A stretch of DNA of 64,000 bases from an uncultured Oscillospiraceae bacterium (GTDB lineage: Bacteria; Bacillota; Clostridia; Oscillospirales; QAMX01). Every line of letters starts with the position of its first letter. Position 1 is the stretch's first letter. The stretch lies in contig CAZEUG010000002.1 in the NCBI GenBank assembly GCA_964515055.1, forward strand, positions 38,032 through 102,031, written 5' to 3'. Below are positions 22,009 through 32,029 of the stretch, piece by piece. The notes under the pieces are model-generated. The model searched no databases. It was not told where the DNA came from and saw nothing but the letters and a program-made list of their open reading frames with translations. Made by a program: the position numbers and the translations under genes.

Positions 22009-22647
22009 ATGTCAGAAATTCCCGTTTTTCAGGTGTTGGGGGCTGCCGAAGGTGGTTTGGACAGCCGCTACCGGCAGATGCGGCTTGGCTGGCGCTCATC
22101 GCCGGACGGTCTGCTGATTCCGGGCAAAGCACTTCCCTGTCAGATGCTGCATCTGTCCGGCGTTCTGCCGCCGGTTCCGGATGCGCTGGTGCAGCTGCTC
22201 CGCGCAGAGTGTCGGCGGGTGGGTGCTGACAGCGTTTTTCTGGACATCCCGCCGGAGGCAGCTGCGCTGGCCGATACTGCTGCACAGCTCGTCCGTCTCG
22301 GCTGCACTGTCTATGGGCAATCGGCGGCGGGCGGGATGATCCCGACGTACCCGGATGCGGAGCGGCCGGAATCGGCCGGGCGGTTCGCCGTTGCCCTGAC
22401 CCGCCGCGCCACGCTGACCACACTCGGAAGCGGCAGCGCCGTCCGGCAGACGCTTTCGCCGCCGGAGCTGCAGGCGCTTCTGCGCCGTTATGCGCCGCAG
22501 GTCGCCTTTTCGCGGGAGCTGGCCGCCAATTACTGCACGCTGGTGTCCGATCAGGGGACGCAGTTTCTGCTGTTTGATACCGATGAGACGATGCAGTTTC
22601 GTCTTCTGCGGCTGGCCGAATCCGGTGCGGTCGCCTGCTTTCTGTGA
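22009..22647 (+). CDS. Hypothetical protein
   Basis: The 3' 213 codons of tracked ORF 21445-22647. The 5' part overlaps yqeG antisense, so the start was moved to MSEIPVFQ after GAGGGTGG. High GC3 codon pattern but no recognisable motifs. Confidence 0.45.
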   Translation: MSEIPVFQVLGAAEGGLDSRYRQMRLGWRSSPDGLLIPGKALPCQMLHLSGVLPPVPDALVQLLRAECRRVGADSVFLDIPPEAAALADTAAQLVRLGCTVYGQSAAGGMIPTYPDAERPESAGRFAVALTRRATLTTLGSGSAVRQTLSPPELQALLRRYAPQVAFSRELAANYCTLVSDQGTQFLLFDTDETMQFRLLRLAESGAVACFL

Positions 22648-22806
22648 GGCGGGTGTCCGTCTGCATATTTTTTCCGTTCGATGAAAAAACCTGTCGTCAA
22701 GCGTATTGTTTTGTGTTATAATGGTAACGGGTGATGCGGCAGCGCCGCGCACAGCCGGTGGCTGCGTCCCCGATCTGTATTCTGAATTCAGAAAGGATGA
22801 ATTGCC

Positions 22807-23769
22807 ATGAACAAAGTGAAGGTTGCTTTCTGCGGCTGCGGAGGAATCTGCAAATTCCATTTGAGCCATCTCGTTCTCTTTGACGACGTCGAATTTGTCG
22901 GTTTTTTTGACATCCACCCGGAGCGCGCAGAAGAAAAACGGCAGATGGCCGGCGCAGGGACGGTCTATTCCAGTCTCTGTGAAATGCTCGACAGCGCACA
23001 GCCGGACATCCTCTACATCTGTGTTCCCCCGGATCAGCACGGCGAAATCGAATTTGAAGCCATTCGCCGCGGCATCAACTTCCTGGTTGAAAAACCAATG
23101 GCGTTGAACATGACCCTTGCGCATTCCATCCGCGATGCAGCCGAAGCGGCTGGAATTATCACCGCTGTCGGCTTCCAGGATCGTTATCTCGACATCATCG
23201 CCCGGACGAAGGAATTCCTGACCGAGCACCAGGTCGCCTTTGTGGACGGCGCATGGGTCGGTGGCATTCCGGGCGCTTACTGGTGGCCGAAGTATGAAAC
23301 GTCCGGCGGGCAGATTGTCGAACAGAACATCCACCATTTCGACATGGTGCGCAACCTGTTCGGCGAGCCGATCTCCGTTTACTGCACGGCACGGCGCGGT
23401 CTGGTGGAGCGCGAAGGCTACGACCTGCACGACTGCTCCATCGCCACCATCACCTTTGAATCCGGTGTCCTTGCGTCCATCTTCACCGGCTGCTACACAA
23501 ACGGCCACCCGGGCTATCACAACGGCCTGCACATTCACTGCGTGGACGGCGAGGTCGATTATCAGCTGCGCAACAACGTCACCTTCAAGACGCAGAATGC
23601 CACGCTGAATTATCTGCGCGTGGAGGATGCGGGAATCACCGAGGATCGCACCGTCATCGACGCCATCAAGGCGCATGACCAGTCGCTCATCCGCTCCCCC
23701 TATCGCGATGCCTGCAAGACGCTGGCCTGCAACGAATCCATCCGAACCGGTCAGGTCATCCAACTTTAA
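22807..23769 (+). CDS. Gfo/Idh/MocA-family NAD(P)-dependent oxidoreductase
   Basis: VAFCGCGGI Rossmann N-terminus and EKPMAL motif. Confidence 0.85.
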   Translation: MNKVKVAFCGCGGICKFHLSHLVLFDDVEFVGFFDIHPERAEEKRQMAGAGTVYSSLCEMLDSAQPDILYICVPPDQHGEIEFEAIRRGINFLVEKPMALNMTLAHSIRDAAEAAGIITAVGFQDRYLDIIARTKEFLTEHQVAFVDGAWVGGIPGAYWWPKYETSGGQIVEQNIHHFDMVRNLFGEPISVYCTARRGLVEREGYDLHDCSIATITFESGVLASIFTGCYTNGHPGYHNGLHIHCVDGEVDYQLRNNVTFKTQNATLNYLRVEDAGITEDRTVIDAIKAHDQSLIRSPYRDACKTLACNESIRTGQVIQL

Positions 23770-23797
23770 TTCGTCTCTACGAAAGGAAATTTTGCCT

Positions 23798-24586
23798 ATG
23801 TTTACTCTTTCTGCCAATGCGGGCTGGTTTGAGGGCGACTCCTACCAGCGCTATTATGAAGCCGCAAAGCGCGGCTTTACGGCCATTGAAGAGCTTCGCT
23901 GGCTGCACCTGGATCTCGACCGGGTGCGTGCCGTCATTGACGAGACCGGCGTTGCACAGTCTGCGCTGCTGTTCCAGTCCCACGATGAGGACAAGGCTGC
24001 GCTGATCGCCAACCAGCACGGCATCGTCTGGGAGGATGCCGCAGACGCCTTCGCCTCCTCAATTGAGGAAACGCTGGTCGCCGCGCTGAAGATGAATGTC
24101 AAAAACATCGTCGTCACCACCGGCAATGAGCGTTCGGACGTTTCGCGCTATGTCCAGCACACCAACGTCGTCACGGCGCTGCGCCGCGGTGCCGATATTG
24201 TCCGCGATTCGGGCGTGCAGCTCGTTTTGGAGCCGCTGAATGTTCTGGTGAATCACAAGGGCTATTATCTGGTCACGACGGCGGAATCCGTCGAGATCAT
24301 CGACGAGGTCGGTTCACCGGACGTCCGTCTGCTGTACGATGTCTATCATCAGCAGATCAGCGAGGGCAACGTCATCGACACCATCCGCAACAACATTTCG
24401 AAGATCGGGCACATCCACACCGGCGACGTCCCCGGCCGCAAGGAACCGGGTACCGGCGAGCTGAACTACAGGAACATCTTCAAGGCCATTGCCGAAACGG
24501 GCTATGACGGCTTTGTGACGTTTGAATGCGGTCGCAGTGTCGATGTGGACACGGTCTGTCGGAATATGCTCGCCCTGCTGCCGTAA
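23798..24586 (+). CDS. Hydroxypyruvate-isomerase-like TIM-barrel protein
   Basis: MFTLSANAGWFEG... N-terminus and HIHTGD / FECG motifs typical of the Hyi/xylose-isomerase-like family. Start re-picked inside tracked ORF 23627-24586. Confidence 0.8.
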   Translation: MFTLSANAGWFEGDSYQRYYEAAKRGFTAIEELRWLHLDLDRVRAVIDETGVAQSALLFQSHDEDKAALIANQHGIVWEDAADAFASSIEETLVAALKMNVKNIVVTTGNERSDVSRYVQHTNVVTALRRGADIVRDSGVQLVLEPLNVLVNHKGYYLVTTAESVEIIDEVGSPDVRLLYDVYHQQISEGNVIDTIRNNISKIGHIHTGDVPGRKEPGTGELNYRNIFKAIAETGYDGFVTFECGRSVDVDTVCRNMLALLP

Positions 24587-24629
24587 GCGGAGCGTTTCCA
24601 TCGCCACAAAAGAAAGGAGCGTTGTGCGC

Positions 24630-25496
24630 ATGGCTGAAGCAAAGCAGCTGACCCGGCCGGACTGGCAGGCACCGCGCATCGACCTGTCCGGGCGGCGGCT
24701 GGTCTGGCACGATGAATTTGACGGCGACACGCTGGACGATTCCAAATGGAAGTGCATCGTCTGGCCGGAAACGCCGAAATGTGACGTCACCTGCAACGTC
24801 TACGCAGCGGACATGGTTTCCGTACACGATGGCTGCGTCTGGCTCCGCTGTGCGTTTCGAAAGGACGGACCCTATGGGCCGGGCTTCTACTCCGGCTGGA
24901 TCAGCACGGAGAACAGCCTCTGTACGACCTACGGCTACTACGAGATCCGTTGTCGGGTACCGAAGGCCGAGGGGATGCACGCGGCCTTCTGGACGTATGC
25001 CAACGAGAAGCCCTATGCCGGCTGCGGCAGGGACGGGACGGAAATTGACATTTTTGAAACCGCCCGCTACCGTGTGGACAGCACGGATGCGGAGGCCAAC
25101 AGTTCCTACGCCATCACCATTCACACCGGCGACGAAGCCGGGCAGCTGATGTCGTATGGCTGTCCGGACGTCGCCACGCTGGATCCGGCGGGGCATCATC
25201 TGTACGACGGCTTCCACACGTTCGGGCTGGAATGGACGCCGACGGCCTATCATTTCTATTATGACGGGCTGGAGGTTCAGTGCATTGATTTTTCAGGCGG
25301 TTCGGTTGGGCGCTTTGTCGGCACCTGCTCGCGTCCGGAGTTCATCTACCTCTCCACGCACGTCGGCAGCCGCATCGCCTCGGACGGGCATATCATTGCG
25401 GATTGGAACGGCAATGCGTTTAAGAATCCGGCCGGAACCTTCCCGGCGGATTTTGTCATCGATTATCTGCGCTACTATGCGCCGAAGGATGCGTAA
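24630..25496 (+). CDS. Glycoside hydrolase family 16 (beta-glucanase-like)
   Basis: WHDEFDGDTLDDSKW and catalytic GTEIDIFE (ExDxxE) motifs. No signal peptide seen. Confidence 0.75.
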   Translation: MAEAKQLTRPDWQAPRIDLSGRRLVWHDEFDGDTLDDSKWKCIVWPETPKCDVTCNVYAADMVSVHDGCVWLRCAFRKDGPYGPGFYSGWISTENSLCTTYGYYEIRCRVPKAEGMHAAFWTYANEKPYAGCGRDGTEIDIFETARYRVDSTDAEANSSYAITIHTGDEAGQLMSYGCPDVATLDPAGHHLYDGFHTFGLEWTPTAYHFYYDGLEVQCIDFSGGSVGRFVGTCSRPEFIYLSTHVGSRIASDGHIIADWNGNAFKNPAGTFPADFVIDYLRYYAPKDA

Positions 25497-25541
25497 TGCT
25501 TTCTTCTCCGGGCAAAAAATCTGGTTCAGGACGGTTCATGC

Positions 25542-26543
25542 ATGAGTAAAATCAAGTATCTCTTTCAGCGGGTCTGTCGAATTGACTATGGGCGGTTGTT
25601 CCGCACCATTCGGCAGACATCAGACATTTCAGGGCGAAGCCGCATCGGAATCGCCTTTGATATGCTGCGCTGCGCCATTCGCTATACGGCTGCACCGGCC
25701 GACTACGCGTTGTTTGAGTTCTGGGCGCTGACACCTGCACAGCGGAAGACGTATGTCACCCGCGGGATCAACGACCGGCTCGTCAAAAAGTACAACGATC
25801 GGTCGCTCTGGCACATTTTTGACAACAAGGCGGAGTTCAACACCCGTTATGCGGCCTATGTCGGGCGCGACTGGATGCAGCTTGCACCCGACGGGTTTGA
25901 AGCGTTTGACGCGTTCTGTTCCCGCCATCCCTGCATCTTTTACAAGCCGCTCAGCCTCTCCTGCGGGTGGGGCATTGAGAAAATCGACGTGGCCTCCGTT
26001 CCGGATCGCCATGCGCTGTTTGAACGGCTGGTGCAGAAGGAAGGCGGCGGTCTGATCGAGGAGCAGATTGTGCAGCACCCGGAGATGAACCGGATGTTCC
26101 CCGGCTCCGTCAACACCATTCGCCTCGTCACCATCAACGACGGCCATGACGTCACCGTTGTCTTTTCGTTTCTGCGGGTGGGCAATGGGAAATTTGTGGA
26201 CAACCTGAACAGCGGTGGAATGGCCGCGCCCATTGACCCGGCCACCGGCGTTGTGACGCACCCCGCAGCCGACAAGGACTACAAGGCCTACGACTGCCAT
26301 CCGGCCACCGGGACGCCGTTTGTCGGCTTCCAGATTCCCCGGTTTGCCGAGGCCGTTGCACTCGTCCAGGAGGCGGCCACGCTGGAGCCGCGCATGGGCT
26401 ACATCGGGTGGGACATTGCCGTCACGCCGGACGGGCTCTGTCTGGTGGAGGCCAACAGCTTCCCCGGTCACGATATTCTTCAGCTGCCGCCGCACGTCCC
26501 GGACAAGATCGGTCTGATGAGCCGGATTGAGCGGTTTCTCTAA
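25542..26543 (+). CDS. ATP-grasp domain protein (sugar-transfer-associated ATP-grasp-like)
   Basis: 333 aa; C-terminal GWDIAVTPDGLCLVEANSFPG resembles the ATP-grasp Mg/ATP-binding end. Assignment by pattern only. Confidence 0.6.
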   Translation: MSKIKYLFQRVCRIDYGRLFRTIRQTSDISGRSRIGIAFDMLRCAIRYTAAPADYALFEFWALTPAQRKTYVTRGINDRLVKKYNDRSLWHIFDNKAEFNTRYAAYVGRDWMQLAPDGFEAFDAFCSRHPCIFYKPLSLSCGWGIEKIDVASVPDRHALFERLVQKEGGGLIEEQIVQHPEMNRMFPGSVNTIRLVTINDGHDVTVVFSFLRVGNGKFVDNLNSGGMAAPIDPATGVVTHPAADKDYKAYDCHPATGTPFVGFQIPRFAEAVALVQEAATLEPRMGYIGWDIAVTPDGLCLVEANSFPGHDILQLPPHVPDKIGLMSRIERFL

Positions 26544-26561
26544 CATTTTCCACAAAAACAG

Positions 26562-26601
26562 ATCCGGTCTGACGGTTCAAACCGTCAGACCGGATTTTTT
26601 T
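26562..26601. terminator. Strong bidirectional intrinsic terminator
   Basis: 15-bp perfect stem ATCCGGTCTGACGGT/ACCGTCAGACCGGAT, 4-nt loop, T7 run, with an A-rich run upstream. Confidence 0.8.
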
Positions 26602-26616
26602 AGATGCAATTGATTT

Positions 26617-27354
26617 TCAGGCGTTTGCGCGTTTCAGAAGCTCCGACACCGTGATTTCATAGGCGCGGTCACTGTGCTCCGTTTCACAGGAGATGGAGAC
26701 GGTCTGGCCGGTTTTCCGCTCGATGAGCCATGCGGCCAGCCAGCGCTTCAGCCACGGGTTGCGCGCCAGCACCGGGCCGATGACATAGGTCGCCAGGACG
26801 TTGCCGGTTCGGATGCCTTCGTCCGGCGCTTCCGCGCCGTCTTCTGTCAGGATGCCGCCGGGGCCGAACCGTGCATGGAACAACGGCGCTGCGACGTGCT
26901 GCAAATACCCGCTCTTGTTGATGAAGCCGGCCAGCAGCTGCTCCGACATCGGTGATTCATAAAGGACGTCGCCGAGCTGACGGCCGTCTGTCCGGACTGC
27001 ATCGCAGTCGGTCAGACCCAGGCACGGCTGCGCTTCGCCTGACGGCAGCTGCAGCGTCCGTGCCGTCAGCTCTGCGGCAGAGCCTGTAAAGAGCATAGGC
27101 ACCCCGTCTGCGGCGGCGCTTTGGAGCTCTGCCGCGTATGGCAGCAGTGCGCGCCGCGCCAGCTCCAGCTTGCGCTCCGTACCCGCGCCCGCATACACAA
27201 AATCCACATGGTTCAGGTGGAGTGTCTCCCCCATCGCAACGGTTTCCACATCGACCGCATGGCCAGCAGCCTGCAGCGTCCGCTGCAGCACGAGCAGGTT
27301 GGCAGCTTCGCCGTACAGGTTCAGGAGTTCCGGATACAGGTGGACAATCTTCAT
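26617..27354 (-). CDS. gatD: GatD-like CobQ-type glutamine amidotransferase subunit (catalytic residues apparently substituted)
   Basis: 245 aa. MKIVHLYPELLNLYGE start, translationally coupled to murT (TGATG overlap). See finding on loss of Cys/His. Confidence 0.75.
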   Translation of the reverse strand: MKIVHLYPELLNLYGEAANLLVLQRTLQAAGHAVDVETVAMGETLHLNHVDFVYAGAGTERKLELARRALLPYAAELQSAAADGVPMLFTGSAAELTARTLQLPSGEAQPCLGLTDCDAVRTDGRQLGDVLYESPMSEQLLAGFINKSGYLQHVAAPLFHARFGPGGILTEDGAEAPDEGIRTGNVLATYVIGPVLARNPWLKRWLAAWLIERKTGQTVSISCETEHSDRAYEITVSELLKRANA

Positions 27355-28688
27355 CAGAGGTTCTCCTTTCTTTCGACGGCGTCCGACGGCAGGCGTGACA
27401 GGAATTTGTCGCGGTCGGAGAAGCAGGTGATGACGTACAGATCCTGCTGCTCCGCGAATACAGTGGACAACTCGTCCAGCGTCGGCAGCAGATGGATTTT
27501 TTCGGACGGGATGTCGGTATAGTCGAGGCGCGTGGCCAGGTCATACCGATACGTTCCGGCGAGGTAGATGTTCCGGATGGACGGATGGTTCAACCGATCA
27601 AAGGTGATATCCCAGAGCCAGGACGTCTCCCCGGTGAAATATTTGCGGCTGATGGCGTCAACAATCAGCAGCACATCGCCGCCGTTCCGGACGGCCAGGT
27701 CAATCGACTGGTCGTAGGAGGTGGAATTTTCATGTTTGGAGGTCAGCAGCGCGATTTTCCGGCCATTCTGCATCCAGCTGCGGGTGCGGCCGTTTTTGAA
27801 AATGTAATCGCTGATCGTCTCACCAATCAGCGCCGGTTGAACGCCCAGCTCGGCCGCCACGGCATATGCCGCCAGCATATTGTACAGCTGGTACAGCACG
27901 CGCAGATTCGTATGCAGTGCGGTTTCGCCGTTGACCGTCAGGGTGCCGTTGTCGAGATCGGCTGATGTAATGGCATAGTCGCAGTCCTGCCGGTGATAGC
28001 CGCAGGCATCGCAGCGGTAGAGGCCGAAGCCCGGCCGATGGCTGTCGGTAAAGGTCAGCGGTGCGCCACATTTGGGGCAATAGACCGCATCCTGATACCG
28101 GGCGGGCTGTTCCGGCAGACCGGCGGACGCATTGATGCCGAACCATTTGACATCGGCGACCTCTTCTGCCAGCAGGGAGACCAGCGGGTCGTCGGCGTTC
28201 AGAATCAGCTTCATGTTCGGTTGGACGGCTTCACGGATTCGCTGCCAGATGAATTCCGGATGGCCGTTTCGCGTCATCTGGTCGCGGTAGAGGTTCAGCA
28301 CGGCGAAATGCGTGGGCTGCATATAGCGGAAGGTGTGCCGCGCATACTGTTCATCCGATTCCATGACGATCACGTCACTTTTTACGCGACCTGTCCAGGT
28401 GGCGTTCCGAATAAGCATCGTCGCGATGCCCTCGATCTGGTTGGAGCCTTCGCGGTTCCAGCAGACGTGCTTCCCGGCGCGCTCCAGAATCCGGACGATC
28501 ATTTCAACGGTTGAGGTTTTGCCGTTGGAGCCAGTTACTGCGACGACATACGTTGGAAGCTGAATGCGGGCAATGATGTCGGGGCAGATTTTCAGAGCCA
28601 GCTGACCGGGCTTGGACGAGCCTTTTTTCACGATGCGTCCGGCCAGCGCCGCCAGCTTACAGACCATGATGGCAAGGAATTTTCTCAT
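27354..28688 (-). CDS. murT: Lipid II isoglutaminyl synthase subunit MurT (Mur ligase family)
   Basis: VTGSNGKTST P-loop, Cys4 ribbon CPKCG...CDACG and a DUF1727-like C-terminus. ATGA overlap with ribF. Confidence 0.85.
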   Translation of the reverse strand: MRKFLAIMVCKLAALAGRIVKKGSSKPGQLALKICPDIIARIQLPTYVVAVTGSNGKTSTVEMIVRILERAGKHVCWNREGSNQIEGIATMLIRNATWTGRVKSDVIVMESDEQYARHTFRYMQPTHFAVLNLYRDQMTRNGHPEFIWQRIREAVQPNMKLILNADDPLVSLLAEEVADVKWFGINASAGLPEQPARYQDAVYCPKCGAPLTFTDSHRPGFGLYRCDACGYHRQDCDYAITSADLDNGTLTVNGETALHTNLRVLYQLYNMLAAYAVAAELGVQPALIGETISDYIFKNGRTRSWMQNGRKIALLTSKHENSTSYDQSIDLAVRNGGDVLLIVDAISRKYFTGETSWLWDITFDRLNHPSIRNIYLAGTYRYDLATRLDYTDIPSEKIHLLPTLDELSTVFAEQQDLYVITCFSDRDKFLSRLPSDAVERKENL

Positions 28689-29593
28689 ACGCTCTCCTCC
28701 GTGTCGAGTTCCGGAATCGGAACCTGTTTCGCTTCGTCAATATCTGCTGCAATCTGCCGAACCAGAGCGTCCGCATTCGCGAAGCGCTGCTCCGGGCGCA
28801 GGAATGCATACAGGGCAAGGACAGCCGCCTCGCCGTAGGTCGGTTCTCCGGAATAGGAAAGCAGGTGCGTTTCGCAGTCATAGATGCCGTCCTGATAGAA
28901 TGTCGGCCGGGTGCCAAAATTGGTGATGGAGCGGTATGTTCTGCCGCGCAGGTGGACAGATGATGCATACACGCCGGCACGCGGGCGCAGCAGCTCCTCC
29001 GGCAACGTCAGGTTCATGGTGGCAAAGCCCAGCTGTTGGCCGCGGCCATCGCCCGGAACCGCCTGTCCGGCCAGCAGGTACGGATGTCCCAGCAGTCGAT
29101 TGGCTTCCGACAGCCGCCCGGCCTCCATGCAGGCGCGGATGCGCGTGGAGCTGATGACGCCGCCGGCTTCACAGACGGCCTCCACCGTATCAACTGGGAG
29201 CTGTTGGCGCAGGCGCTCCGGGTTGCCGATGCCGCCGCTGCCGAATCGGAAGCTACTGCCACAGACGGCATGGGTCACCTTCAGGCGGCCGATCAGCGTT
29301 TCCGTGGCGAACACATCCCAAGGCGTCGCCTGCATGGATGCGTCAAAGGGCAATTCGATCAGCTCGACGCCGGGAAAGAGCCGGTTCAGCAGCAGTGCCC
29401 TGGTCTGTCGATCGGACAGTAATCGCACGTTCTCCTGCCGGACGGCATTTTTGGGGCGGCGGTCAAACGTGATGACGCACGGCGTTTTGCCGGTTTTCAT
29501 CGCAAGCTCCGCTGCACGTCGAATCACCGCCTGGTGGCCGCGGTGCAGCCCATCAAAAAAGCCGAGCGCCGCGACACGTCCCTGTTCTGGCAT
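28685..29593 (-). CDS. ribF: Bifunctional riboflavin kinase / FMN adenylyltransferase
   Basis: ALGFFDGLHRGHQAV nucleotidyltransferase motif; C-terminal riboflavin kinase (TNFGTRPTF, ETHLL). Start re-picked at MPEQGRV after GGGGAGGA. Confidence 0.9.
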   Translation of the reverse strand: MPEQGRVAALGFFDGLHRGHQAVIRRAAELAMKTGKTPCVITFDRRPKNAVRQENVRLLSDRQTRALLLNRLFPGVELIELPFDASMQATPWDVFATETLIGRLKVTHAVCGSSFRFGSGGIGNPERLRQQLPVDTVEAVCEAGGVISSTRIRACMEAGRLSEANRLLGHPYLLAGQAVPGDGRGQQLGFATMNLTLPEELLRPRAGVYASSVHLRGRTYRSITNFGTRPTFYQDGIYDCETHLLSYSGEPTYGEAAVLALYAFLRPEQRFANADALVRQIAADIDEAKQVPIPELDTEESV

Positions 29594-29610
29594 GATATTC
29601 CTCCCCGCCG

Positions 29611-30540
29611 TCAATCGTTTGATTCGTTTTGTCCGAAAAAGCGTTTTTCAATGAGAACCCGGCCGCTTTCCACCGAGCCAACGGCGAGAAATTCACCGGA
29701 TTCGCCATAAAAGCGCCGAGCCGCCGTCTGCGGTTCCGCACCGTCTGCCACGCATTCTGTCGGAATGTCGAGGCCGGTTTTCAGGTACCGCTCTCCCAGT
29801 GCGTTCAGGACGGCGCGTGGGCGATCCGCAAACACGTCATCAATCGGCCTCACAAAGCCGTAATCCCCGGCGGCCACGTGTGCTTCCAGCTGTTCGAGCG
29901 TCAGCGCATCCCGGATGGAAAAGCGGCCGACTGCCGTCCGGCGCAGTGAGGCCATGGTGCCGTACACGTTCAGCGCCCGGCCGATATCGCGGCACAGCGA
30001 CCGGATATACGTCCCCTTGGAGCAGGCGACGCGGAGGGTGAACCGCTGGTTGGCCTCATCGGCGCGGAGCAGCTCCAGCGAATGAATGACGATCTGTCTC
30101 GGCGTCGGCTCCACTTCCTTCCCGGCGCGGGCGAGCTCATACATTTTTCGGCCGCCGATTTTAATGGCAGAGTAGATGGGTGGAATCTGCTCCAGCGAGC
30201 CGGTAAACTGTGGGAGCAGGGCGGCCACCTCTGCCGCTGTGCAGCGCGACTCCGAAGATGCGGTTACGGTACCCGTGGTATCCCCGGTATCCGTTTCTTC
30301 GCCCAGCTGCAGCTCGGCGAGATATTCCTTATCGCAGCCGGTCACATAGGCGCAGACCTTGGTTGCGCGGCCAAAGCAGATCAGGTTCAGTCCGGTCGCG
30401 ATCGGGTCGAGTGTCCCCGTGTGACCGGCAGATTTGACGCCGTAGATTCGTTTGAAGCGGGAAACGAGTGCCTGTGACGACAGCCCCTGTGGCTTATCGG
30501 CCAGGAACATACCGCTGACTGGTTTTTGCTGTTGTTCCAT
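29611..30540 (-). CDS. truB: tRNA pseudouridine(55) synthase
   Basis: GHTGTLDPIATG catalytic Asp motif and a PUA-less TruB layout. Start uncertain (30540 or 30510). Confidence 0.9.
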   Translation of the reverse strand: MEQQQKPVSGMFLADKPQGLSSQALVSRFKRIYGVKSAGHTGTLDPIATGLNLICFGRATKVCAYVTGCDKEYLAELQLGEETDTGDTTGTVTASSESRCTAAEVAALLPQFTGSLEQIPPIYSAIKIGGRKMYELARAGKEVEPTPRQIVIHSLELLRADEANQRFTLRVACSKGTYIRSLCRDIGRALNVYGTMASLRRTAVGRFSIRDALTLEQLEAHVAAGDYGFVRPIDDVFADRPRAVLNALGERYLKTGLDIPTECVADGAEPQTAARRFYGESGEFLAVGSVESGRVLIEKRFFGQNESND

Positions 30541-30560
30541 AGACGAAAGACCCGTTCCTC

Positions 30561-31532
30561 TCATGCGTTGCAGTCGGGCAGACTGTCGGCAATTTTCCGG
30601 CAGACCGCTTCCACCGCGTCCTTCGGTGACATTGGCAGGCTGCATCCGGCGGCACCGACATGGCCGCCGCCGCCAAATGCGGCGCAGACAGCCGACGCAT
30701 CCACCGCACCGTTCGTCCGGACGGAGATTTTCGTCGTGCCGTCCGGCTGTTCATAGGCGGAAACACCGGCCAGGACGCCCTCGATTTTTCTGGGGAGGGA
30801 GGAGAGGTCATCCAGGTCATCCTCCGTTGCGCCCGTCTCACGGCGCATCTGCTGAGTGACCGTGATGGCGGCAATGCGGTCATTGGCGAAAAACCGCATT
30901 TCCTTATAGATGATCCGTTCGATTTCGATGCGCGCACGGCGTTTTTTCTCAAAAAACTCGAGATTCAGTGCGGCCAGATCAATCCCTTCCCGGAGGCAGG
31001 ATGCCGCGATTTCATGCGTTTGCGCCGTGGTATTGGCAAACAGAAAGCAGCCGGTATCCGTGGCCAGGGCAATGTACAGCAGGGTGGCCAGTTCCCGATC
31101 CATCGGGAGCTGCATCGCCTGAATCAGGCCGAAAATGAGTTCGCCCGTGGCGGCCGCAGACGGGTCGTCGATTTTGGCGACACGCGCCGCCATGGTGTTG
31201 GCCATATGGTGGTCAATGATGTAGTCGATCCGGTCGGCATATTCCCGCGCCGGGGCGCTCAGCTGGGATTCGGACGCGACATCGACCGTCACCACGGCAT
31301 ACGCCTGATCGTCCTCCGGCAGACCGGCATACGGTGTCAGATAGTTCTTCAGGCGATCCGTGATTTCCGGATTCCAGCAAATCATGGCACGCTTGCCGAG
31401 TCGGCGCAGAGCAAGACAGAGTGCCGCAGCGGAGCAGACCGTATCGCCGTCCGGTCTGCGATGTGTCAGAATCAGAAATTGATCATCGGCTTTCATCTGC
31501 TGTGCCATGCTGCACAGGTTCGCCTTATCCAT
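30561..31532 (-). CDS. nrnA: DHH/DHHA1 phosphoesterase (NrnA-type oligoribonuclease/pAp phosphatase)
   Basis: HRRPDGDTVCS (DHH motif I-II), DHH at IIDHHM, GGGGH in the DHHA1 domain. Confidence 0.8.
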   Translation of the reverse strand: MDKANLCSMAQQMKADDQFLILTHRRPDGDTVCSAAALCLALRRLGKRAMICWNPEITDRLKNYLTPYAGLPEDDQAYAVVTVDVASESQLSAPAREYADRIDYIIDHHMANTMAARVAKIDDPSAAATGELIFGLIQAMQLPMDRELATLLYIALATDTGCFLFANTTAQTHEIAASCLREGIDLAALNLEFFEKKRRARIEIERIIYKEMRFFANDRIAAITVTQQMRRETGATEDDLDDLSSLPRKIEGVLAGVSAYEQPDGTTKISVRTNGAVDASAVCAAFGGGGHVGAAGCSLPMSPKDAVEAVCRKIADSLPDCNA

Positions 31533-31566
31533 ATCGTTTTGTGTCCCCTTTTGATGTTTTTGCAGG

Positions 31567-31932
31567 TTATTCTTCCGCGCTCTGCGTCTCTGATGCGGTC
31601 AGCTCCTGCATCAGCTCCAGCGTATGCTGGCCGCGCAGCATCCCCTTATCAGCTACGAACGTCAGCTCCGGCGTATTGCGAAGCTGCATGGCTGCCGCAA
31701 GCGCCCGGCGGATATATCCGGCGGAGGAGCGGAAGCCCTTCAGTGTTTCGTTCAGATGCGATTCATCGCCGAGCGCGCTGATATAAACGCGGGCATATTT
31801 GGAATCATTGGAGACCTCCACCCGCGTCACGCTGACAATTCCGCTGATGCGCGGATCCTTCAGGGTCGGAATGATTTCGCTGATTTTTGTTTTGATTTCA
31901 TCGCCCACGCGGACGGAACGGTAATTGGCCAT
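31567..31932 (-). CDS. rbfA: Ribosome-binding factor A
   Basis: MANYRSVRVGDEIKTKISEII...VTRVEVSNDSKYARVY is the classic RbfA pattern. Start re-picked. Confidence 0.9.
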   Translation of the reverse strand: MANYRSVRVGDEIKTKISEIIPTLKDPRISGIVSVTRVEVSNDSKYARVYISALGDESHLNETLKGFRSSAGYIRRALAAAMQLRNTPELTFVADKGMLRGQHTLELMQELTASETQSAEE

Positions 31933-32029
31933 TTTCAGACTCCTCTCTCTAAAAACACGGAAATCCCGGCAAAAGCCGGGATTTCTGCAAGCGGAGCGTC
32001 CGGCTGCGCGTTGTATGCGCAATCCGCGC

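Noticed and set aside
22096-23817. 573-aa minus-strand ORF
   Set aside because: Antisense to the Gfo/Idh/MocA oxidoreductase and the upstream hypothetical gene. It has no motifs; the opposite strand has clear Rossmann/EKP motifs.
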